Origin: Thermoproteota archaeon
GTDB taxonomy: Archaea > Korarchaeota > Korarchaeia > Korarchaeales > Korarchaeaceae
DNA length: 64,000 bases
Assembly: GCA_027491395.1 (NCBI GenBank)
Contig: JAOZFI010000006.1
Location: 32,001-96,000 of the forward strand
Direction: 5' to 3'
Positions 56,738-64,000 of the stretch are shown here, piece after piece. The notes under the pieces are model-generated. The model was not told where the DNA came from. It did no database searches and worked only from the letters and a program-made list of their open reading frames with translations. Position 1 is the stretch's first letter. Each line of letters starts with the position of its first letter. The position numbers and the translations under genes were made by a program.

Positions 56738-58343
56738 TCCTACCTTCCTCCAAAGATTTCCTGTACAAGTCCTTAAATCTGTTCACGCCGACCCTCGAGA
56801 TGAGTGGGCCCAACTTGGGACCCTGTGGCTGACCCAGCAGTATCATGTATAGGGCCCTGAAGAACTCTCTTACTGGTACACCCTTGCCCCTAGCGGTCTC
56901 GAATGCTAGGTTCTGTATGTCCTCATCGACCATATCCTCAGAAAGACTCTCCACAAAGGAGTTCACGGCTTCGAGAACTTTACCATTTATCTCCACGATT
57001 CCGAGCTCTCTGCTGCCGAAGTTCTCCACGTAGTTCTTGGCATAGTACACGTATCTTCTGAAGATATCATCGTTCAGCAGGGAATCTGGATCCACGCCGT
57101 AATACTTTGAGATAAGGTCTGCAGCCAGCCTCAGCAACTCCTCGAAGCCCATATTTCTCGGAAGCATCGATACGACATTGAGGACCGCGGAGTACCTGTA
57201 AGGCCACGGCTCGGGGACGCCCTCCATCAGATAGGTGAACTCCATGAGTCTCTTCAAGGTGATGCGATCCCTTTCACTCCTTATTCTCTCCAAGTTGTGA
57301 TACTTCCTCACGTTGTTTTCCAGCTCGTTTATGTAGAGAGGAGAGCTCTGCAGGGATATGCTCCTAGTTCCGTGGTATCTCTTGAACATGAGCATCCTCA
57401 AGGCCTCAGGGGGAGAGAACTCCATCCACATCTGGGGCGTTATGACGTTCCCAGCGCTCTTACTTATCTTCCTCTTAGTAGAATCTAGGAACATCTCGTA
57501 CATCACCGTAAGCGGTGGCTCGTACCCTAAGACTTCCCTAGCTATCCTCTCGTTCACCCTGAACGAGTCGGTTATGTCCTTCCCGTGAGGTTCAAACACT
57601 ATCCCTAACGCGGCCCACCTAGCTGCGAACTCTCCCTTCCAAGAGAGCTTACCCTCTCCCTTCAGATATGAGGCCTCACCGATGTACCCGCACCCCTTCA
57701 TCCCCTTGAACTCCTGATCACAGGCGTAAATGACCTTGCCCTCCTCAGGAATGACCTTCAGCACCCTAGTTGTATATATCCTACCGCATCTCTCGCATCT
57801 AGGCCAGTAATGAATCCATCCCTCGGGTTTACTCGATCCCACCTCCTCTCTGATTATCCTGTCGACCTTATCGTTGTTCTCCAATAGTTTAGAGACCTGC
57901 TCGTCTAACAATCCGGATTTATAGGCCTCGGTCCCGGAGATAAATGTGAACTCTATGCCCAACTTCTCCAAGGCATCTATCAACATAGAGCTCATGTGTT
58001 CCCCGTAGCTGGAATGGCATCCCCAAGGATCGGGGATCTCGCTCACCGGCATTCCCAAATACTTGGAGTATTCCTCGGGCACTCCTGCAGGTACCTTTCT
58101 CAACCCATCTCTATCATCGCTGTACGCTATCAATTCACTCTTGTATCCCAGCTCCTCCAGAGCCAGCTTGACCCCGTAGGCCCTGAGCGAATCTCCCACA
58201 GAACCTATGTGAGGGAAGCCGCTTGCCCCTATCCCCGATTCAACCCTCAAAACATCTATCTTCCTTCCGAGCCCCTCCTCTCTCTCTATTATGTCCTTAG
58301 CTATTTTATCCAGCCAGAAATGAGGCCTCCTCTCCGAACCCAT
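56721..58343 (-). CDS. lysS: lysine--tRNA ligase, class I
   Basis: SG.PHIG, DD.DGLRKVP, GKLSWK, GKD, KISKS.GN, GPKLG; start moved to ATG (MGSE). Confidence 0.95.
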   Translation of the reverse strand: MGSERRPHFWLDKIAKDIIEREEGLGRKIDVLRVESGIGASGFPHIGSVGDSLRAYGVKLALEELGYKSELIAYSDDRDGLRKVPAGVPEEYSKYLGMPVSEIPDPWGCHSSYGEHMSSMLIDALEKLGIEFTFISGTEAYKSGLLDEQVSKLLENNDKVDRIIREEVGSSKPEGWIHYWPRCERCGRIYTTRVLKVIPEEGKVIYACDQEFKGMKGCGYIGEASYLKGEGKLSWKGEFAARWAALGIVFEPHGKDITDSFRVNERIAREVLGYEPPLTVMYEMFLDSTKRKISKSAGNVITPQMWMEFSPPEALRMLMFKRYHGTRSISLQSSPLYINELENNVRKYHNLERIRSERDRITLKRLMEFTYLMEGVPEPWPYRYSAVLNVVSMLPRNMGFEELLRLAADLISKYYGVDPDSLLNDDIFRRYVYYAKNYVENFGSRELGIVEINGKVLEAVNSFVESLSEDMVDEDIQNLAFETARGKGVPVREFFRALYMILLGQPQGPKLGPLISRVGVNRFKDLYRKSLEEGRIVRKE

Positions 58344-58417
58344 GTAGATCGGTCCTACCGGTCTGTGAGCAATAAGAAATTTACCCAAAAATTAGAGGGG
58401 GTTTTCTCCCCCCGGGC

Positions 58418-58699
58418 TCACACTTGGGTGAGCTCGATCTCTATTACGCTTATGTCCCTCCTGCTACCGTTCTCGTCGATGATTTCCTCAGTGCCAGTCC
58501 TGAGGTCGGTTATCTTGATCTTGCCAGGGAAGTACTTAAGCCTAGTTATCTCAGCCACATCGACGGCCCTGGATATAGACCTACCCCTGGCCTTCAGCAC
58601 GATCTTCTTCACACCCCTGTTTATCTGAAGGGTGGTAGCCATAACGTAGTTGATAGCAGGCTTCTTACCAACATAGACGATTCCCTCTTCAGCCACCAT
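58418..58699 (-). CDS. albA: chromatin protein Alba
   Basis: VGKKP..NYV, KARGRSISRAVDVAE, S.IEI. Confidence 0.96.
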   Translation of the reverse strand: MVAEEGIVYVGKKPAINYVMATTLQINRGVKKIVLKARGRSISRAVDVAEITRLKYFPGKIKITDLRTGTEEIIDENGSRRDISVIEIELTQV

Positions 58700-58794
58700 G
58701 CGTATCACCTCTCTATCCTCTGTAGGCCCGCCTCTTTCACTGGGGAGCCTGGAGGGCGAGCTGTGTCTGACTCACCACTCAGCAATTAAAAAAG

Positions 58795-59055
58795 TTACTC
58801 TCGCTTCAGGAGCTTCCTAACATCTAGGAGGGAGATCTTCTCTCCTTCCCTCCTCTCCAAGATGAGAGGCAACTTTCCTTTCTCCAGCTCCAATTTAGCT
58901 AGCTCGACGGGATCGGTCAGACCTTCAGGTATCTCGTTCTCATCTAAAAAGAGGGGAGAGCCAGCCGCGATCTGCTGGGCCCTAATGGATATTATCCTTA
59001 TGCGCTCGAACTTGGTGAGCCTCTTGGGGCCCAACAGATCGCTATTAGCTGACAC
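58795..59055 (-). CDS. rpoK: RNA polymerase subunit K (Rpo6)
   Basis: RLTKFER.RI...RA.QI..G.P, A..E...G.LP; GTG start 59055 assumed. Confidence 0.92.
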   Translation of the reverse strand: MSANSDLLGPKRLTKFERIRIISIRAQQIAAGSPLFLDENEIPEGLTDPVELAKLELEKGKLPLILERREGEKISLLDVRKLLKRE

Positions 59056-59056
59056 C

Positions 59057-60688
59057 TTACTCCTCACCTTTGCCCTTTCCACCTTCGAATTTCTTGCCGG
59101 CAGCAGCTATTATATCATCGATCTTGAGCACAGTGGTCGCGAACTCAGCTGCGGACTCTACGGCCCTCCTGATCACCCTCTCAGGCTCTATTATGTCCTT
59201 CTCGTACATGTTCTCCACCTCTCCGGTGTATATGTTGAAGCCATACTCCCTCTTACCCTCGGCGTGCGCCTTCCTCAGTTCGGCCAGCTTGACTATCGGG
59301 TCGTGGCCAGCGTTCTCTATCAGAGTCTTAGGTATGGACTCGAGGGCCTCAGCGAACTTCTCCACCACGTTCTGCTCCTTTCCACCGAGCTGGACCGCGT
59401 AGTCCTTGAGCTTGAGCACTAGATCCGTCCAAGCGGCACCAGCGCCCACAACTATTTTCTCATCCTCTATGACGTTTCTGACCACGCTTAAAGCGTCATG
59501 CAGGTTCCTCTCAGCCTCATCTATGACCTGCTTCTCTCCACCCCTTATCAGTATGCTAACGGCCCTGGGATCCTTGCATCCCTCGACGAAGACCATCTTG
59601 TCCTCTCCGACCCTCCTCTCCTCAACTAGCTCCGCGTAACCGAGGTCCTTTTCAGATATCTCCTTAACGTTAACGATTATCTTGGCTCCAGTGGCCTTGG
59701 CGAGCTTCTCCATATCGGATTTCCTCACCCTCCTGACAGCTAGTATGCCGTGCTTCGCTAAGAAGTGCTGGGCGACGTCATCGATGCCCTTCTGGCAGAA
59801 CACCACGTTCGCTCCGGTGGCGGCTATCTTCTCAACCAACTCGGCCAGCATCTGCTTCTCCTGGTCCAAGAACTCCTTAACCTGAGTCGGTGAGGTTACC
59901 CTGATCTTAGAGGAGAGCTCAGGCTTCTTTATCTCAAGGGCGCTCTCTATGAGAGCTATCTTGGCGTTCTCTATCCTCCTAGGCATCCTAGGATGTACGA
60001 CCTCCTTGTCGATCACTATACCCCTGATGAGCTTTGTGTCAAACAGGGAACCGCCCTCCTTCTTCTCCAGCTTTATGTTATCGAGATCAACAATTCTCTT
60101 ACCGTCTCTCTCCTCCACGACCTGTAGAGCGGCATCGACGACGAGATCGGCCAGATAGTCCTGTGCCACCCGGGCGGACTTGCTGCTCATGGCTATCTTA
60201 GCTATCTTCTTCAGCAACTCTTTGTCGTTCCACGGGACCTTGATCGCTATCTCATTCAAGTACTCCACCGCCTTTTCCGCGGCCTTCCTGTACCCGGAGA
60301 TTACTACTGTAGGATGTATGCCTAGATCCAATAGGTCCTCCGCCTTGGCCAGTAATTCACCGGCTAGGAGAACTACGGTAGTTGTACCGTCTCCAGCTTC
60401 CTGCTCTTGGGATTTCGCTAAGTCCACCATCATCTTAGCAGTGGGATGCTCGACCTCTATCTCCTTCATTATGGTGGCACCGTCGTGTGTGATTATCACA
60501 TCCCCAAAGGGGTCGACGAGCATCTTCTGCATGCCCTTAGGACTGAGGGAAGTCCTTATGGTATCAGCTATGGCCTTTGCAACGGTTATATTCAACCTCA
60601 GGGCTTCCCTACCCTTGGTCCTTGAGGTTCCTTCTTTCAATATCAGAACGGGGATTGCTCCAGCTCCCTCGCCACCTTGAACGGCCAT
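59057..60688 (-). CDS. ths: thermosome (group II chaperonin) subunit
   Basis: PVLILKEG, GDGTTT, DKEVVHP.MP, QKGIDD, LKIDD. Confidence 0.97.
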   Translation of the reverse strand: MAVQGGEGAGAIPVLILKEGTSRTKGREALRLNITVAKAIADTIRTSLSPKGMQKMLVDPFGDVIITHDGATIMKEIEVEHPTAKMMVDLAKSQEQEAGDGTTTVVLLAGELLAKAEDLLDLGIHPTVVISGYRKAAEKAVEYLNEIAIKVPWNDKELLKKIAKIAMSSKSARVAQDYLADLVVDAALQVVEERDGKRIVDLDNIKLEKKEGGSLFDTKLIRGIVIDKEVVHPRMPRRIENAKIALIESALEIKKPELSSKIRVTSPTQVKEFLDQEKQMLAELVEKIAATGANVVFCQKGIDDVAQHFLAKHGILAVRRVRKSDMEKLAKATGAKIIVNVKEISEKDLGYAELVEERRVGEDKMVFVEGCKDPRAVSILIRGGEKQVIDEAERNLHDALSVVRNVIEDEKIVVGAGAAWTDLVLKLKDYAVQLGGKEQNVVEKFAEALESIPKTLIENAGHDPIVKLAELRKAHAEGKREYGFNIYTGEVENMYEKDIIEPERVIRRAVESAAEFATTVLKIDDIIAAAGKKFEGGKGKGEE

Positions 60689-60841
60689 ACATATCACCTC
60701 TTTTACTGGGTCTCTCAGAACTTGTCGCTGGGATTACCCATGTTAGGGTCGATAACCGAGTTAAAAAAGCTTATCAATCTATCCAGCCCTCCCGTTAACT
60801 TGAGGAGCTCCAAGAGAGAGTAAAAATGGTGAAATATTTGA

Positions 60842-63736
60842 ATGATAGACGAGGATCTCTTCAATCTATTGCCTAGTTGCCTGAGATCAGCTATGAAAGA
60901 TAGAGGAATTGGGAGGCTAACGGAGATACAGGAGATGGCCATTCCACTCATCCTCTCAGGTAAAAATGCCCTTCTGATAGCTCCAACGGGTTCTGGAAAG
61001 ACTGAAGCAGCCCTTTGGCCCATCCTCACAATGATGAAGAGTGAAGGAATAGGAGAGGGATTTATCACGCTTTATGTGACCCCCTTAAGGGCCCTGAACA
61101 GGGACCTAGAGGAAAGGATAACCTACTGGTCCTCTAGATGTGGCTTCGATGTTGGAGTGAGGCATGGTGATACCTCCAAGGCGGAGAGGACTAGACAATC
61201 GAGATCTCCTCCTCATATCCTCATAACGACACCAGAGACCCTCCTGATTATAATGTCCGGACCTAAGATCTCTAAGTGGCTTAAAAACGTGAGGTATGTC
61301 ATTATAGACGAGGTTCACGAGCTACTGGACGACAAGAGGGGCACGCAACTCTCCTTATCCCTAGAGAGGCTTGAGAGGATACGGGGGAGGGCATTCCAGA
61401 GGATAATGCTCTCAGCCTCCCTAGGCAACCCCGCGATGGCCCTAGAATATTTCTCCTATAGAAGGGACGGGGAGATCTCATATTCGCGAGAGAGCCGCTT
61501 AATGAAAATATCAGTAGCCTATCCGGAGCCTTCTCAAAGGGACATCGAGCTATCTAAGGCCATGCTCCTAGAACCGGGGGTGATAGCTAGGATCAGAATA
61601 CTGGCGGATTTGATAAGGGAGGCCAGATCGGCCATAGTCTTCACGAACACTAGGTCCATGGCGGAGGCCCTTGGCTACAGGATGAGGAAAGCATTCGAGG
61701 AGCTGAAGATACATGTCCATCATAGCTCTTTATCGAAGGACGCTAGGGTGGAGAGCGAATCACTCCTCAAGAGGGGAGAACTCTCTGCGGTGATCAGCAC
61801 GAGCTCGTTGGAGCTAGGAATAGATGTAGGGTACGTAGATTTGGTAGTACAGTACGGTTCCCCTAGGCAGGCGATGAAGTTGCTTCAGAGGGTCGGCAGA
61901 TCTGGGCACGGTCCAGGCAGGGTGGCTAGAGGTGTAGTAGTTGCCCAGGACTCTGACGACTATCTGGAGTCGATAGTACTGGCTAAGAGGGCCCTCTCGG
62001 GCGATTTGGAGGAGCTAAGGCCTTTGGAGAAGTCCTATGATGTGCTCTACCACAGCACCATCGGACTGCTCTTGGGAGAGAGATCCGTCTCACTGCAGGA
62101 TCTGGTGGACATGGCCAAGCGATCATGGCCGTACAGGGAGATAACCATCGACGAGGTTAGGGGAATATTCTCCTTCATGTCCAAGGCTTGGCCCAGAATC
62201 ATCTGGTACGATGAAGTAGGGGATAGCGTCAAGAGGTATGGAGGCGGGCTAGCCCATGAGTACTTCTTCTCGAACATCTCCACGATACCCGACACCACAT
62301 CATACCCTGTCATAGATGACACCACGGGATTCTACATAGGCCAGCTGGATGAGACCTTCGTCTTGGAGTACCTGCTTCCCGGCGTTAAGTTCGTCTTCAG
62401 GGGATCGGTCTGGAAGGTCAAGAGGATAGAAGGCGGTCGCATTTTCGTGGAACAGGTCTTCGACCCGGTCGGTGCCATACCCAGCTGGATAGGGGAACAG
62501 TTACCCGTGGCAAGGGAGACTGCAATTGAGGTGGGAGCTATCAGGGGACTCGTGGAGGAGGCCATATCCGAGGACGCATTGGACGAGCTCGTAAATAATC
62601 TGGTGAGGGGGTACCCCTTCACAAAGTCTGAGGATCTCAGAAGAGCTCTAGCCACAGTAGTGGATCACGTGAAACAGGGTTATCCGCTTCCTACAGATCG
62701 GAGGATCGTGATAGAGGGTATAACTGGCTCAGGCGTCGTGATCCACTCCACTCAGGGTAGCTTGGTTAACAGGACATTAGGGAGAGGCCTGTCCTTCGTC
62801 ATCTCCAGGGACTTCAAGGTCGCTGTAAGAGTGACTGAGGATCCCTACAGGATAGTGATAATGGGTGTTGGTAAAGAGGCAGTGGCTGAGTCCCTACATC
62901 GCCTCTCTAGGGAGGGTAGGGACACTCTGGTGAAGGCCGTAGCCAACAGTTCATTCTTCAGGATCAGGTTACTCCATGTGGCTAAGAGGATGGGCCTGAT
63001 AAGAGATACGGCGAACTCTAGGATCGTGAGCTTGGTCAGGCTGGCCAAGGCATACGAAGGTACTCCCGTCTACGAGGAAGCTTTAAGGGAGTCCCTCACG
63101 AAGGATTTCGATGTTGATGGGACGCTGGACCTACTCAGGTCGATATTCTTAGGAAAGATAGAAGTGGTCATATCTGAGAAGCAGGGTCCGAGTCCCCTAT
63201 CTCTGCTAGGATTGGAGAGATCAGGTCTACCCCTAGAGATAATTCCTCCATCGGAATTGAGCAGGAGGCTGCTGGAGAGCTTCAAGTACAGGATACTTTC
63301 ACAGCAGATCACGCTGGTCTGCTCCAACTGTTGGAGATGGAGCATGGACACCACGGTATTGAGCCTCCTAGATTTGGGGAAAGTGCCCAAATGTCCTGTG
63401 TGTGGAAGTGATAGGGTAGCGGCCCTCTCCGGATACTGGGCATCCGAAGCCAAGGAATATGTGGAGGAATCTAAGAGGAGGGGGAGGCCCTCTGTACCCA
63501 ACTGGGAGCTCGCTAACAGGGTCTATGAACTCGGCTCACTCACCGAGAGGTACGGGCTACCAGCCGTAGTCGCGATGGCCGCTAGGGGGGTGGATCCAAT
63601 GGACATCGAGTGGCTGGTATCGAGGCGTACCGAGTTGGACGAGGATTTCATGGCCGAACTCGCTAAAGTTGAGACTGAGGCCGTAAAGAGGAGGTTGACC
63701 GGGAAGAAGAGGAGAAGGAGGAAGAGGTCTGGTTAG
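60842..63736 (+). CDS. lhr: Lhr-like SF2 helicase with C-terminal Zn finger
   Basis: APTGSGKT, ITTPE, DEVH, SSLELGID, QRVGRSGH, STIPD, PSW.GE, CSNC/CPVC. Confidence 0.93.
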   Translation: MIDEDLFNLLPSCLRSAMKDRGIGRLTEIQEMAIPLILSGKNALLIAPTGSGKTEAALWPILTMMKSEGIGEGFITLYVTPLRALNRDLEERITYWSSRCGFDVGVRHGDTSKAERTRQSRSPPHILITTPETLLIIMSGPKISKWLKNVRYVIIDEVHELLDDKRGTQLSLSLERLERIRGRAFQRIMLSASLGNPAMALEYFSYRRDGEISYSRESRLMKISVAYPEPSQRDIELSKAMLLEPGVIARIRILADLIREARSAIVFTNTRSMAEALGYRMRKAFEELKIHVHHSSLSKDARVESESLLKRGELSAVISTSSLELGIDVGYVDLVVQYGSPRQAMKLLQRVGRSGHGPGRVARGVVVAQDSDDYLESIVLAKRALSGDLEELRPLEKSYDVLYHSTIGLLLGERSVSLQDLVDMAKRSWPYREITIDEVRGIFSFMSKAWPRIIWYDEVGDSVKRYGGGLAHEYFFSNISTIPDTTSYPVIDDTTGFYIGQLDETFVLEYLLPGVKFVFRGSVWKVKRIEGGRIFVEQVFDPVGAIPSWIGEQLPVARETAIEVGAIRGLVEEAISEDALDELVNNLVRGYPFTKSEDLRRALATVVDHVKQGYPLPTDRRIVIEGITGSGVVIHSTQGSLVNRTLGRGLSFVISRDFKVAVRVTEDPYRIVIMGVGKEAVAESLHRLSREGRDTLVKAVANSSFFRIRLLHVAKRMGLIRDTANSRIVSLVRLAKAYEGTPVYEEALRESLTKDFDVDGTLDLLRSIFLGKIEVVISEKQGPSPLSLLGLERSGLPLEIIPPSELSRRLLESFKYRILSQQITLVCSNCWRWSMDTTVLSLLDLGKVPKCPVCGSDRVAALSGYWASEAKEYVEESKRRGRPSVPNWELANRVYELGSLTERYGLPAVVAMAARGVDPMDIEWLVSRRTELDEDFMAELAKVETEAVKRRLTGKKRRRRKRSG

Positions 63737-63740
63737 GTTG

Positions 63741-64000
63741 TCAAGTCAGGAGGCCCGCACCCCTCAGGATTCTAATGGCGGCACTCCTCGGATCGCTCGA
63801 CTTCGTTATTGCCCTTCCCACCATGACGAAATCGGCTCTTTTAGCTACTTCCCCTATGGTAGACTCATTTATACCACCGGCGACACCTATCTTGACTCCC
63901 AGCTCTTTAGCGGAGTCTAGCAACTCGTATTCGGAGAATACCCCCTCATCAACCCCCCTGTGCAGGCATATCCTGTGTATTCCGAACTCTATGATCTCTT
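63741..64000 (-). CDS. 3-hexulose-6-phosphate synthase / OMPDC-HUMPS family, 3' part (truncated by window)
   Basis: GVAGGIN...VGRAITKS.DP motif. Confidence 0.7.
   Translation of the reverse strand, partial: EIIEFGIHRICLHRGVDEGVFSEYELLDSAKELGVKIGVAGGINESTIGEVAKRADFVMVGRAITKSSDPRSAAIRILRGAGLLT

Overview
Gene-dense, moderately GC-rich archaeal core-genome segment, most consistent with a Korarchaeota-like (Ca. Korarchaeum-type) thermophile. This is an inference from PolD DP1 occurring alongside TACK-like gene orders, class I LysRS and a tRNA-Ser(CGA) with a D-loop intron. The window is almost entirely housekeeping: replication (DP1, Cdc6/Orc1, GINS23-MCM-Hel308, Lhr, OapABC), the L15e-RNase P-proteasome-exosome superoperon, basal transcription (TFB, RpoP, TBP, RpoK, Alba), tRNA metabolism (ValRS, LysRS, TgtA, TrmI, Trm11, RNase Z), ether-lipid enzymes (GGGPS, GGR), central metabolism (FBP aldolase/phosphatase, TpiA, PurB, NAD kinase, partial HPS), an ECF transporter core and six tRNA genes (one partial). 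I see no CRISPR array, transposase, intact provirus or intein, and cannot support a clearly new multi-gene system. The best leads are: a repeat-structured candidate replication origin upstream of cdc6; a 162-bp near-identical tract shared by the two ECF ATPase paralogs; a probable ACG start codon for a beta-CASP nuclease; a tRNA-Gly with C33; a D-loop BHB intron; a TRAM radical SAM protein with a split Cys motif near tgtA; a tRNA-interspersed peptidase cluster with a nearby membrane-anchored HTH regulator; and structured 5' leaders. All assignments come from reading motifs by eye; no database searches were run.
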